NCBI RefSeq assembly: GCF_039541115.1
Contig: NZ_BAABFP010000005.1
Span: 186,001-250,000 of the forward strand
Direction: 5' to 3'
From: Angustibacter luteus
Lineage (GTDB): Bacteria; Actinomycetota; Actinomycetes; Actinomycetales; Angustibacteraceae
Length of the DNA stretch: 64,000 bases
This document shows positions 1-12,004 of this stretch, piece by piece. The notes beneath the pieces are model-generated. The model was not told where the DNA came from. It saw nothing but the letters and a program-made list of their open reading frames with translations, and ran no database searches. Positions within the stretch are counted from its first letter, which is position 1; the number at the start of each line of letters is the position of its first letter. Both the position numbers and the translations under genes were made by a program.

Positions 1-87
1 CCGGAGCTGCCGTCGGCCGAGCAGGTCGAGGTCTACGTCGGCGTGCACCGCGACCTGCAGGACCGGCTCGCCGACCTCGAGGAATGA
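1..87 (+). CDS. 3' end of a small hypothetical protein (partial)
   Basis: Frame 1 reads PELPSAEQVEVYVGVHRDLQDRLADLEE*. Its TGA overlaps the tlyA ATG (ATGA). Confidence 0.65.
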   Translation, partial: PELPSAEQVEVYVGVHRDLQDRLADLEE

Positions 88-941
88 CCGCCACCCGGCT
101 CGATGTCGAACTCGTCCGCCGCGGTCTGGCCCGGTCCCGGGGCCAGGCGGAGGAGATGATCCGCGACGGCCGGGTCGTGGTCGACGGCCGCCCCTCGCCC
201 AAGGCCTCCACGAAGGTGACCGCGGACACGGGGATCGACGTCCGGCCGGGGGAGCACCCGGACTACGTGGGCCGCGGCGCGCTCAAGCTGGACGGCCTGC
301 TGGACGACCTGCAGGTCGCCGCCGGCCTCGTCGTCGGGCAGAGCGGTCCGCTCGCCCCGGCGGTGGCGGGGCGGCGCTGCCTCGACGCGGGGGCCAGCAC
401 CGGTGGTTTCACCGAGGTCCTGCTGGCCCGCGGCGCGAGCGAGGTCCTCGCCGTGGACGTCGGACACGACCAGCTGGCGGCGCGGCTGCGCACCGACCCG
501 AGGGTGCAGGACCTGCCCGGCACGACCGTTCGCGGCCTGTCGGCCTCGACGATCGGCGGCCGGGTCGACCTGCTGGTCGCCGACCTGTCGTTCATCTCCC
601 TCCAGGTGGTCATGGGCGACCTCGCCAACCTCGTGACGGACGGCGGGGACCTGCTGCTCCTGGTGAAGCCGCAGTTCGAGGTCGGCCGTGAGAGGCTCGG
701 GTCCGGCGGGGTCGTCCGCGACCACCAGCTGCGCGCGGACGCGGTGCAGCAGGTGGCCCGCGCCGGGCTCGCCGCCGGACTGCTGGTGCGCGCGATGCGG
801 GCGAGCCGCTGGCCGGGCCCCAGTGGCAACGTCGAGTACTTCGTCTGGCTGACCGTCCAGGACGGGACGCCGGTCGAGTCGATCGCCGAGGACCAGCTGG
901 CTGCCGCCGCGCAGCAGGCGGTCGAGGAAGGACCTTCGTGA
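84..941 (+). CDS. tlyA: TlyA family rRNA 2'-O-methyltransferase
   Basis: N-terminal S4 domain (RLDVELVRRGLARSR), YVGRGALKL, LDAGASTGGFT, DLSFISL, KPQFE, GPSGNVEY. Usual position before ppnK-recN. Confidence 0.95.
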   Translation: MTATRLDVELVRRGLARSRGQAEEMIRDGRVVVDGRPSPKASTKVTADTGIDVRPGEHPDYVGRGALKLDGLLDDLQVAAGLVVGQSGPLAPAVAGRRCLDAGASTGGFTEVLLARGASEVLAVDVGHDQLAARLRTDPRVQDLPGTTVRGLSASTIGGRVDLLVADLSFISLQVVMGDLANLVTDGGDLLLLVKPQFEVGRERLGSGGVVRDHQLRADAVQQVARAGLAAGLLVRAMRASRWPGPSGNVEYFVWLTVQDGTPVESIAEDQLAAAAQQAVEEGPS

Positions 942-1849
942 CCCGTCGTGTGCTGCTGGTGACCCACACCGGCCGACCGGAGGCGCTGACGGCCGCCCTG
1001 GAGCTGACCACCGGGCTGATGGACGCCGGGATCGAGGTCGCCGCCCTCGCGGAGGAGGCGGATGAGCTGCACGCCCTGCAGCGGCACATCGACGGCGTCC
1101 TGGTCGCCGGTTCCGAGGACCCCGCGAGGGACTGCGAGCTGGTCATCTGCCTCGGCGGGGACGGCACGATCCTGCGCGGGGCCGAGATCGTGCACGGCAG
1201 CGAGGTCCCGCTGCTCGGGGTGAACCTCGGCCACGTGGGCTTCCTCGCCGAGCTCGAGCGCGAGGACATCAGCGAGATCGTGCAGCGGGTGGTCGCCCGG
1301 GACTTCACCGTGGAGGTGCGGCTCACCCTGGACATCACCGTCCGCGCCGGTGACCGGGTCATCCACGAGTGCTGGGCGCTCAACGAGGCGACCGTCGAGA
1401 AGGCCGCCCGCGAGCGGATGCTCGAGGTCGTCATCGAGGTCGACGGGCGGCCGCTGTCGACCGTCGGCGCCGACGGCGTCGTGATGGCCACGCCGACGGG
1501 CTCCACCGCCTACGCCTTCTCGGCCGGCGGCCCGGTGGTCTGGCCCGAGGTCGAGGCGCTGCTGCTGGTGCCGATCTCGGCGCACGCCCTGTTCGCCCGG
1601 CCCCTGGTCGTCGGGCCGAGCTCGCGGCTCGCCGTGGAGGTGCTGACGGACACCGAGGGCACGGGTGTCCTGTGGTGCGACGGCCGGCGCCGCTACGAGC
1701 TGCTCCCGGGCTCGCGGATCGAGGCCGTCGCGTCCGACCGCCCGGTGCTGCTGGCCCGGATGACCAGCGGGCCGTTCACGGACCGGCTCGTGGGCAAGTT
1801 CCGGCTCCCGGTGGACGGCTGGCGCGGTCAGCCCCGCTCGTCCACCTAG
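938..1849 (+). CDS. ppnK: NAD kinase
   Basis: GGDGT motif, GVNLGHVGFL, LNE, TPTGSTAYAFSAGGP. Confidence 0.95.
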   Translation: MTRRVLLVTHTGRPEALTAALELTTGLMDAGIEVAALAEEADELHALQRHIDGVLVAGSEDPARDCELVICLGGDGTILRGAEIVHGSEVPLLGVNLGHVGFLAELEREDISEIVQRVVARDFTVEVRLTLDITVRAGDRVIHECWALNEATVEKAARERMLEVVIEVDGRPLSTVGADGVVMATPTGSTAYAFSAGGPVVWPEVEALLLVPISAHALFARPLVVGPSSRLAVEVLTDTEGTGVLWCDGRRRYELLPGSRIEAVASDRPVLLARMTSGPFTDRLVGKFRLPVDGWRGQPRSST

Positions 1850-1858
1850 GCTGTCCGC

Positions 1859-3673
1859 GTGCTGGAGGAGATGCGGATCCGCGGGCTGGGCGTCATCACG
1901 GACGCCGTGCTCGAGCTCGGTCCCGGGCTGACCGTCGTCACGGGGGAGACGGGCGCCGGCAAGACGATGGTGGTGACCGGCCTCGGCCTGCTCCTCGGCG
2001 GGCGCGCGGACTCCGGCGCGGTGCGGGCCGACGTCGCGCAGGCGGTGGTCGAGGGTCGGGTGGTCGTCGACCCCGACTCCGCAATGGCGGCCGCTGCTGC
2101 GGACGCGGGCGCCGAGCTCGACGACGGCGTCCTGCTGCTGACGCGCACCGTCACCGCGGCGGGCCGCTCCCGGGCGCACGCCGGCGGTCGGGCCGTCCCC
2201 GTGAGCGTGCTCGCCGAGCTGGCCACCGAGCTGGTCACGGTGCACGGGCAGTCCGACCAGCTGCGGCTGCTGCAGCCCGCCAGGCAGCGCGAGACCCTCG
2301 ACCGCTTCGCCGGCACCCACGACCTGCTCGAGCAGCACGCCGCGACGTACACCCGGCTGCGTGACCTCGAGCAGGAGCTGCACGAGGTCGTCACGCACGC
2401 CCGCGAGCGGGCCGACGAGGCGGTCCGGTTGCGTACTGCGCTGGAGGAGATCGAGGCCGTCGACCCGCAGCCGGGGGAGGACCACCAGCTGCGCGACGAC
2501 GACGCCCGGCTGGCGCACTCCGACGCGCTGCGCTCCGCGGCTGACCGCGCCCACGCCGCGCTCGTCGCCGATGCCGCGGCCGGCGGCACCGGCCTGGACG
2601 GCTCGGCGACGTCGCAGACGGGTGCGGCCGAGCTGCTGGCCACGGCGCGGCACGCCATCGACCCGGTCGCCGACCACGACCCGGCCCTGGCCGGCCTCGG
2701 TGCCCGCCTGGGTGAGCTGGGGTTCCTGGTGGCCGACGTGGCCGCCGACCTCTCGTCGTACGCCGCCGGGATCGAGTCCGACCCGGCCCGGCTGTCCGCC
2801 GTCCAGGAACGCCGGGCCCAGCTCGGCGCGCTGGTGCGCCGCTACGGCCAGGACAGCGACCACGATCACGATCACGATCACGTCCCGGACGTCGCGGACG
2901 TGCTGGCCTGGGGGGCGGGGGCCAGCCGCCGGCTGCTCGAGCTGGACGACGACGAGGGGCGGGTGCAGCAGCTGCGCGCCGAGCGCGACGGGCTGCGCAC
3001 CGAGCTGGGCGAGCTGGCCGGCCGGTTGCACGACGAGCGGGCCGCTGCGGCGTCCCGGCTGGCCGAGCTCGTCGCGGCCGAGCTGACCCAGCTGGCCATG
3101 GCGAACGCCCGGCTCGACGTCGTGCTCAGCCAGCGCGACGACCCCGACGGGATCGACGTGCCGCTGGACGGCACCACCCGTCGGGTCGCGGTCGGGCCGC
3201 ACGGTGCGGACGACGTGGAGCTGCAGCTCGCCCCGCACGCCGGTGCGCCGGCCCGGCCGGTCGCCAAGGGCGCCTCGGGCGGTGAGCTGTCCCGGGTGAT
3301 GCTCGCCCTCGAGGTCGTCCTCGCCGGCGCGGACCCGGTGCCGACGTTCGTGTTCGACGAGGTGGACGCCGGGGTCGGCGGCCGGGCCGCCGTGGAGATC
3401 GGACGACGACTGGCCGTGCTCGCCCGCAGCGCGCAGGTCATCGTGGTGACCCACCTGCCGCAGGTCGCCGCGTTCGCCGACCGGCACCTGCGGGTGGTCA
3501 AGGCGGACGACGGTGCGGTGACCGAGAGCGGGGTGCTGCTGCTGGACGACGAGGGTCGGGTCGCCGAGCTGGCCCGGATGCTGGCCGGCCACGAGGACTC
3601 CGGCACGGCCCGGGCGCACGCCAAGGAGCTGCGTGAGACCGCCGCGGCCGAGGTGGCGGACGCCGCACGCTGA
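1859..3673 (+). CDS. recN: DNA repair protein RecN
   Basis: Walker A TGETGAGKT, VHGQSDQ, SGGELSRVMLA signature, Walker B FDEVDAGVGG, VTHLPQVAA. Confidence 0.96.
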   Translation: MLEEMRIRGLGVITDAVLELGPGLTVVTGETGAGKTMVVTGLGLLLGGRADSGAVRADVAQAVVEGRVVVDPDSAMAAAAADAGAELDDGVLLLTRTVTAAGRSRAHAGGRAVPVSVLAELATELVTVHGQSDQLRLLQPARQRETLDRFAGTHDLLEQHAATYTRLRDLEQELHEVVTHARERADEAVRLRTALEEIEAVDPQPGEDHQLRDDDARLAHSDALRSAADRAHAALVADAAAGGTGLDGSATSQTGAAELLATARHAIDPVADHDPALAGLGARLGELGFLVADVAADLSSYAAGIESDPARLSAVQERRAQLGALVRRYGQDSDHDHDHDHVPDVADVLAWGAGASRRLLELDDDEGRVQQLRAERDGLRTELGELAGRLHDERAAAASRLAELVAAELTQLAMANARLDVVLSQRDDPDGIDVPLDGTTRRVAVGPHGADDVELQLAPHAGAPARPVAKGASGGELSRVMLALEVVLAGADPVPTFVFDEVDAGVGGRAAVEIGRRLAVLARSAQVIVVTHLPQVAAFADRHLRVVKADDGAVTESGVLLLDDEGRVAELARMLAGHEDSGTARAHAKELRETAAAEVADAAR

Positions 3674-3724
3674 GACGGGCTGACCTGCACGGTTGCTGCC
3701 GACGGCCGTGAAAGGATGCCCGTG

Positions 3725-4909
3725 ATGCGTCTGCCCTCGATCCGCCCTCGTACCCACGCGCCCTCGGTCGCGGGGGTCGTCGGCGTCGCCAAGGTGGATT
3801 CGCGCACCAAGAACCTCACCAAGCGGCTCGAGCCCGGCGACGTCGCGGTGATCGACCACCTGGACATCGACACGGTCGCGGCCGAGGCGCTCGTGGCCCG
3901 CCGTCCGGTTGCGGTGGTGAACGCGGCCGCGAGCACCAGCGGGCGCTACCCGAACCTGGGACCCGAGATCCTCCTCGAGGCCGGCATCACGCTGGTCGAC
4001 GGGGTGGGACGTGACGTCATGGTCGCGGTCGCGGAGGGCGACCGGGTCCGGGTGCACGGCGGTGACATCTACATCCGCGACGACCTCGTCGCCAGCGGCA
4101 CCCAGCAGACGGACGAGACGGTCGCCGCCGCGATGGCGGAGGCCCGGGCGGGCCTGGCGGTGCAGATGGAGGCCTTCGCCGCCAACACCATGGAGTTCCT
4201 GCGCCGCGAGCGCGACCTGCTCCTGGACGGCGTCGGCGTCCCGGAGATCACGACCGACCTGGACGGTCGGCACGTCCTGGTGGTGGTGCGCGGGTACCAC
4301 TACAAGGAGGACTTGCAGACGTTGCGGCACTACGTCCGCGAGTACAAGCCGGTGATCATCGGGGTGGACGGCGGTGCCGATGCCGTGCTCGACGCCGGCC
4401 TCAAGCTGCACCTGATCGTCGGGGACATGGACTCGGTGTCGGACAAGGCGCTCACCTGCGGTGCCGAGGTCGTCGTGCACGCCTACCGGGACGGCCGCGC
4501 GCCGGGGCTGGAGCGCGTCCAGGCGCTCGGGATCGAGCCCGTCGTGTTCCCGGCGACCGGTACGAGCGAGGACGTCGCGATGCTGCTGGCCGACGACAAG
4601 GGCGCCGAGCTGATCGTCGCCGTCGGCACCCACGCGACGCTCGTCGAGTTCCTGGACAAGGGCCGCTCCGGCATGGCCAGCACGTTCCTGACCCGGCTGC
4701 GGATCGGTGGCAAGCTGATCGACGCCAAGGGCGTCAGCCGGCTCTACCGGTCGCGGATCTCCAGCTGGCAGGTGCTGCTGCTGCTGATCTGCGGGCTGTT
4801 CGCGCTCTTCGTCGCCATGTCGGTGACCCCGGCCGGCCAGGCGATGCTGGCCGTGGGGCACGCGCAGTGGGACGACCTGACCTCCTGGCTCCGAGGGACC
4901 TTCACGTGA
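3725..4909 (+). CDS. steA: SteA-like septal protein with thiamine pyrophosphokinase-like domain and C-terminal TM helix
   Basis: RTKNLTKRL, GRYPNLGP, IGVDGGAD, IVGDMDSV, EFLDKGR, DAKGVS motifs. Follows recN. Start may be 3716 or 3725. Confidence 0.85.
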   Translation: MRLPSIRPRTHAPSVAGVVGVAKVDSRTKNLTKRLEPGDVAVIDHLDIDTVAAEALVARRPVAVVNAAASTSGRYPNLGPEILLEAGITLVDGVGRDVMVAVAEGDRVRVHGGDIYIRDDLVASGTQQTDETVAAAMAEARAGLAVQMEAFAANTMEFLRRERDLLLDGVGVPEITTDLDGRHVLVVVRGYHYKEDLQTLRHYVREYKPVIIGVDGGADAVLDAGLKLHLIVGDMDSVSDKALTCGAEVVVHAYRDGRAPGLERVQALGIEPVVFPATGTSEDVAMLLADDKGAELIVAVGTHATLVEFLDKGRSGMASTFLTRLRIGGKLIDAKGVSRLYRSRISSWQVLLLLICGLFALFVAMSVTPAGQAMLAVGHAQWDDLTSWLRGTFT

Positions 4910-5871
4910 TCGACTTCCGCTACCACCTCGTCTCCATCGTCTCGATCTTCCTGGCGCTGGCGGTCGGCATCGTGCTCGGCGCCGGACCGCTGCAGCAGCA
5001 GATCGGCCAGACGCTGACCAACCAGGTGTCCCAGCTGCGCAAGGACAAGGCGGAGCTGCGCAGCCAGCTCGACACCCAGGCGCACGAGCTGGAAGCGGCC
5101 GACCAGTTCGCCGAGGCCGTGACGCCCGAGCTCGTCGGGTCCCGGCTCGGCGGACGCTCCGTGGTGCTCGTCATGCTGCCGGGTGCGGACTCGTCCGTGG
5201 CCGACGACATCACGGCGACGATGAAGACCGCCGGCGCGACGGTGAACGGGCGCGTCAAGCTGACCTCGGCCTGGGCCGACCCGGACCAGGGCAAGGTGGC
5301 CTTCCGCGACCAGCTGAGCAGCAACCTGGGGCCGTTGGTCGGCTCGACCGCACCGGCGACGGCGTCGGTCAACGAGCGGATGGGCGCCATCCTGGCCAAG
5401 GCGCTGGTGGTCTCGAACGTCGCGGACGCCGACCGGGCGACCGAGCAGAGCGAGCAGGCCCTGTCCGGCCTGAAGGAGGCCGGCCTGATCGCGATCGACG
5501 GGGCGGCGCCCAAGCCGGCCACCCTCGCCGTCGTCGTCGCCGGACCGCCCAACACGAAGCAGACCGAGGACACCCGCAAGGCCGAGCTCGCGACGTGGAC
5601 GACCACGTCGGACGAGCTCGACAAGGGGGACAGCGGCACCGTCGTCGCCGGCCCACTGGCCAGCGCCGAGCCGATCGGGGTGATCGGCGCGCTCCGGTCG
5701 GACCGGTCCGTCGCGGCCGCGGTGTCCTCGGTCGACGACGTCCAGCTGCAGATGGCCCAGTCCGCCATCGTGTTCGCGCTGCTCGAGCAGATGAACGGCA
5801 AGTCCGGCCACTACGGCACCGGGATCGGCGCGACCGCGGTCCTGCCGCCGTTGCCGAGCTCGGGGTCGTGA
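4906..5871 (+). CDS. steB: SteB / MctB (DUF3186) family membrane-anchored protein
   Basis: Characteristic N-terminus IDFRYHLVSIVSIFLALAVGIVLG, coiled coil, C-terminal GHYG. GTGA overlap with steA. Confidence 0.85.
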   Translation: MIDFRYHLVSIVSIFLALAVGIVLGAGPLQQQIGQTLTNQVSQLRKDKAELRSQLDTQAHELEAADQFAEAVTPELVGSRLGGRSVVLVMLPGADSSVADDITATMKTAGATVNGRVKLTSAWADPDQGKVAFRDQLSSNLGPLVGSTAPATASVNERMGAILAKALVVSNVADADRATEQSEQALSGLKEAGLIAIDGAAPKPATLAVVVAGPPNTKQTEDTRKAELATWTTTSDELDKGDSGTVVAGPLASAEPIGVIGALRSDRSVAAAVSSVDDVQLQMAQSAIVFALLEQMNGKSGHYGTGIGATAVLPPLPSSGS

Positions 5872-5886
5872 CCCGAAGGGATCGCG

Positions 5887-6768
5887 GTGAGTCAGCACGG
5901 ACGACAGCAGGGACGCCGCGTCGGCCCGGTGGTGGCCGTGGTCGCCGGCGCCGCCGCCCGGGCCGCGTCGGCGGCGCTGCGACGTCGACCCCCGGGCGGC
6001 CCGGCCCGGTGGGAGCGGACCAACCACCGGGGTGAGCCGATCAGCCTGCTCGAGGGTCCGTCCTTCGTCGCGGGTGCGGCCAAGGCACTCCTGGTCACGC
6101 CCGGACTGCCGCCACGGGCGCGCGCCGCGGCCCTGGTCGCCGGGACGGCGGCCGGTGCGCTGGGCGCCTACGACGACCTGGCCGAGAGCGCGGTGCGCAA
6201 GGGGCTGGCGGGTCACCTGGGTGCGCTGTCCCGCGGTGAGGTCACGACGGGGGCGGTGAAGGTGCTGGGGCTGGCGGCCAGCGGCGTCGTCGCGGCGGCC
6301 CTGGTCGGTCTCGACGACGGGACGCCGGAGCGGTCCGCGATCGGTTGGGGGGCCGACGTCCTGGTCGGTGGGGCCGTGGTGGCGGGGTCCGCGAACCTGC
6401 TCAACCTGCTGGACCTGCGACCGGGTCGGGCGCTCAAGGCCACCCTGATCGCCGGCGTCCCGCTGGCGGTGCGCGCGGGTCCCGGCGCGGGCCCGGCCGG
6501 GGCGGCCGTCGGTGCCGCCGCCGCGCTCCTGCCTGACGACCTGGCCGAGCGGGGCATGCTCGGCGACACCGGAGCCAACGCGGCGGGCGCGCTGCTCGGG
6601 GTCGCGGCGCTGGCCGCGGCCGGCCGCCGCGGCCGGCTGGCCCTGCTGGCCGCCCTGGTGGGGCTGACCGTGGCCAGCGAGCGGGTGAGCTTCACCCGGG
6701 TGATCGAGTCCACGCCGGGGCTGCGCGAGCTGGACGCGCTGGGACGTCGTCCGGCTACCGGCCCGTGA
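5887..6768 (+). CDS. MraY/WecA-like (polyprenyl-phosphate sugar-1-phosphate transferase superfamily) membrane protein
   Basis: Multi-TM. GAYDD, NLLNLLDLRPGR and MLGDTGAN correspond to the DD, NxxNxxD and MGDxG motifs of the MraY family. Confidence 0.7.
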   Translation: MSQHGRQQGRRVGPVVAVVAGAAARAASAALRRRPPGGPARWERTNHRGEPISLLEGPSFVAGAAKALLVTPGLPPRARAAALVAGTAAGALGAYDDLAESAVRKGLAGHLGALSRGEVTTGAVKVLGLAASGVVAAALVGLDDGTPERSAIGWGADVLVGGAVVAGSANLLNLLDLRPGRALKATLIAGVPLAVRAGPGAGPAGAAVGAAAALLPDDLAERGMLGDTGANAAGALLGVAALAAAGRRGRLALLAALVGLTVASERVSFTRVIESTPGLRELDALGRRPATGP

Positions 6769-8408
6769 GCGAGCCGCGATCCGGGGGCAAGAACCTGGCG
6801 CTGGGAATCGCCGGAGCGGCTACCGCGATCGCCGCGCTGACCCTGGTCACCCGCGTCGTCGGCTTCGGGCGGTGGCTGGTCTTCTCGGGGACCGTCGGGA
6901 GCTCGTGCGTGGGCTCGGCCTACGCCAGCGCCAACCTGGTGCCGAACGTGCTGTTCGAGGTCGTGGCCGGCGGGGCGCTGGCGGCCAGCGTCGTCCCGGT
7001 GCTCTCGGCGTACCTGGTCGGCGGGGACCGGGCCGCTGCCGACCGCACGGCGTCGGCGATGCTGTGCTGGGCCGTCGTCCTGCTGACCCCGGTCGCCCTG
7101 CTGGTGGCCGTGCTGTCCGGCCCCATCGCGCGGGCCATGCTGGACGTCGCCCAGTGCCCCGGCCAGGTGGACAGCGCCGCCCGGATGCTGGTGGCCTTCT
7201 CGCCGCAGGTCGTGCTGTACGGCGTCGGGATCGTGCTGACCGGCGTCCTGCAGGCGCATCGGCGGTTCATCGGCCCGGCGCTGGCGCCGCTGGTGTCCAG
7301 CCTGGTCGTCATCGGCGTGTACCTGCTGTTCGCCGCCGTCACCGACCGGCCCACCGGTCCGGGCGCGACGTCCTGGCTGCCGGACCGCAACGCAGAGCTG
7401 CTGCTCGCCCTCGGCACGACGGCCGGGGTGGTCGTGCTCAGCCTGCCGCTGCTCATCCCCACCTGGCGGGCCCGGATCCGGCTGCGGCCGACGCTCCGCT
7501 TCGACCCCGGCGTGGCCCGTCGGGTGCGCCGGCTGGCAGCGGCCGGGCTCGCGGGCCTGCTCGCCCAGCAGGTGCTGGTGCTGGTCACGCTGCGGCTGGC
7601 GAACTCGCACGGCGGCACCGGCACCATCAACGTCTACCAGTACGTCCAGGCCGTCTACCTGCTGCCGTACGCGGTGCTCGCCGTCCCGCTGGCCACGGCC
7701 GCGTTCCCCAGCCTGTCCAGCCAGTTCGCCGGCGGTGACGGCCCGGCGTACGCCCGCACGCTGCTGCGCTCGACCCGGCTGGTGGTGGTGGTCTCGCTGG
7801 CCGGCGCCGCGGTGCTGGTGGCGGTCGCGCCCGCGGTAGGCGGGTTCTTCTCCGCGCTGGACGTCGCGGGGGCCGGGCTGAGCGCCATGCCCGTCGCGCT
7901 CACCGCGTTCGCCCCGGGCCTGGTGGGGTTCGCGCTCATCGCGCACCTGGGGCGGGCCCTGTTCGCGGCCGGTCACTCGGCCTGGGCGGCCCGCTCCACC
8001 GTGGCCGGGTGGCTCTGCGCCGTCGTGCTCTCGCTGGTCCTGGTCCCCGCGCTGGGCGGCGACGGCGACGTCCAGGCCACCCTGCTCGCGCTCGGGCTGG
8101 CCAGCTCGCTCGGGATGACCGTGGCCGGCGTCGCGCTCTGGGTGGGCGCCGCCCGGGTCCGGGTCGGCGAGACGAACGCGGCCGCCGCCCTGCGGTCGTC
8201 ACTGCCCGTGCTCGGGGCGTTCCTGCTCGTGGCGGTCATCGCCCTGGTGGCGGGTCGGATCATCACCGACCGGGTGCTCGATCCGGGGATCCCGGGCGCG
8301 CTGGTCGCCGGTGTGGTGGGATCGGTCCTCGCCGGCGGCGTGCTGGTGGTGGGCCTGGCGGTGGTGGACCGCGAGGACCTTCGGACACTGCTCCGTCGTG
8401 GGGCATGA
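6765..8408 (+). CDS. MurJ/MviN-like lipid-linked glycan flippase
   Basis: TRVVGFGR, YASANLVPNVLFEVVAGGAL, LQAHRRF, YLLPYAVLAVPLATAAFP motifs. Many TM segments. Confidence 0.85.
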   Translation: MSEPRSGGKNLALGIAGAATAIAALTLVTRVVGFGRWLVFSGTVGSSCVGSAYASANLVPNVLFEVVAGGALAASVVPVLSAYLVGGDRAAADRTASAMLCWAVVLLTPVALLVAVLSGPIARAMLDVAQCPGQVDSAARMLVAFSPQVVLYGVGIVLTGVLQAHRRFIGPALAPLVSSLVVIGVYLLFAAVTDRPTGPGATSWLPDRNAELLLALGTTAGVVVLSLPLLIPTWRARIRLRPTLRFDPGVARRVRRLAAAGLAGLLAQQVLVLVTLRLANSHGGTGTINVYQYVQAVYLLPYAVLAVPLATAAFPSLSSQFAGGDGPAYARTLLRSTRLVVVVSLAGAAVLVAVAPAVGGFFSALDVAGAGLSAMPVALTAFAPGLVGFALIAHLGRALFAAGHSAWAARSTVAGWLCAVVLSLVLVPALGGDGDVQATLLALGLASSLGMTVAGVALWVGAARVRVGETNAAAALRSSLPVLGAFLLVAVIALVAGRIITDRVLDPGIPGALVAGVVGSVLAGGVLVVGLAVVDREDLRTLLRRGA

Positions 8409-8430
8409 GGTGGCCAAGGAGGCCGTGGAC

Positions 8431-9546
8431 GTGAACCAGCGCCGCCGTCGGGTCCTGCTCGTGGTGGGTCCGGTGGCCGGCGGCATCGGGGTGCACGTGA
8501 GCAGCCTCGCGCGCGGCCTGCCCGCGCACGGCTGGGACGTGACGGTCCTGACCACCCCGGCGTCGGCCTCCCGCTTCGACTTCGGCCCCGACGTGCACCC
8601 GATCTGGCCGGACCACCTCGCCTCGTCCCCGGGCCGCGTGCTCCACCTGCGCTCGGCCGCCCGCGACGACGTCGTGGCCGCCGACGTCGTCCATGCGCAC
8701 GGCCACCAGGCCGGGGTCGTCGCCCTCGGCCTGACCGGGCTGACCGGCGTCGCCCGGCGACCCGTCGTGGTGTCCTGGCACAACGCCAGCCTCGGCTCGG
8801 GCGTCGACCGCCGGGTCCGGGACCTGACCGAGCAGTGGCTGGCCCGACGAGCGGACCTGGTGACCGGCGCGTCCAGCGACCTCGTCGACCGGGCCACCCG
8901 GCTCGGGGCGCGATCCGCCGAGCTCGCCCCTGTCGCCGCGCCGCAGGCCGGCGCGTGGTCCGGCGACCGGGACGCCGAGCGCCGCGAGGTCGCCGCCGAG
9001 CTCGGGCTGGACCCGGACCTGCCCTGGGTGCTGACCGTCTCCCGGATCGCCAGCCAGAAGAACCTGCACGTCATCGTGGACGCCGCGGCGCGGCTCGCCG
9101 AGACGCTGCCGCACCAGTGGCTGGTCGTGGGGGACGGGGACGAGGCGCTCGCCGCCCGCCTGTGGGGACGGATCTCCGACACCGGCGCTCCCGTGCACCT
9201 GCTCGGTGCGCGGGCCGACGTGCCCCGTCTGATGGCCGTCAGCGACGTGTTCGCGCTGGCCAGCGCGTGGGAGGCGCGAGCGCTCGTCGTCCAGGAGGCC
9301 TTTGCGGCCGGGCTGGCGGTCGTGGCGTCCCGGGCGGGTGGCCTGACCGACCTGGTGCACGGCGTCGGCGTGCTGGTGCCGCCCGGTGACGCGGACGCGC
9401 TGGCGCACAGCGTCGGGTCGCTGCTGGCCGATCCCGAGCGCCGTCGTGCCGTCGCCGAGGCCGGCCGGGACCGCTTCGCGCTCCTCCCGGACGAGGACGA
9501 CGTGCTCACCATGTGGGCCCGGACATACCAGAACCTGGCTCCCTGA
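8431..9546 (+). CDS. GT4 (GT-B fold) glycosyltransferase
   Basis: GGIGVHV, VVHAHG, SRIASQKN, WEARALVVQEAFAAG (EX7E-like). AGGAGG 8 nt before the GTG. Confidence 0.88.
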   Translation: MNQRRRRVLLVVGPVAGGIGVHVSSLARGLPAHGWDVTVLTTPASASRFDFGPDVHPIWPDHLASSPGRVLHLRSAARDDVVAADVVHAHGHQAGVVALGLTGLTGVARRPVVVSWHNASLGSGVDRRVRDLTEQWLARRADLVTGASSDLVDRATRLGARSAELAPVAAPQAGAWSGDRDAERREVAAELGLDPDLPWVLTVSRIASQKNLHVIVDAAARLAETLPHQWLVVGDGDEALAARLWGRISDTGAPVHLLGARADVPRLMAVSDVFALASAWEARALVVQEAFAAGLAVVASRAGGLTDLVHGVGVLVPPGDADALAHSVGSLLADPERRRAVAEAGRDRFALLPDEDDVLTMWARTYQNLAP

Positions 9547-9620
9547 CGCTCCCGTGAGCGTCGGCGGCGAACCCGCCGCGACCTCCTGCACCGGAACCGG
9601 CCTGCGACCTAGTACAGTAA

Positions 9621-11950
<2,330 letters not shown>

Positions 11951-11962
11951 TCCCGCCCCTTG

Positions 11963-12004
11963 CGTCCGAAGGGATCCCACCTCGTGGTGCGATGCCTTCG
12001 GACG
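11963..12004. terminator. Hairpin between convergent genes, possible bidirectional terminator
   Basis: CGTCCGAAGG (11963-72) pairs with CCTTCGGACG (11995-12004), with further imperfect inner pairing. Confidence 0.55.

Noticed and set aside
263..4861. 1532-aa minus-strand ORF and similar long antisense ORFs (41270-44416, 33526-36459, 17414-19690)
   Set aside because: Shadow frames of real genes. High GC suppresses stop codons and the translations lack motifs.
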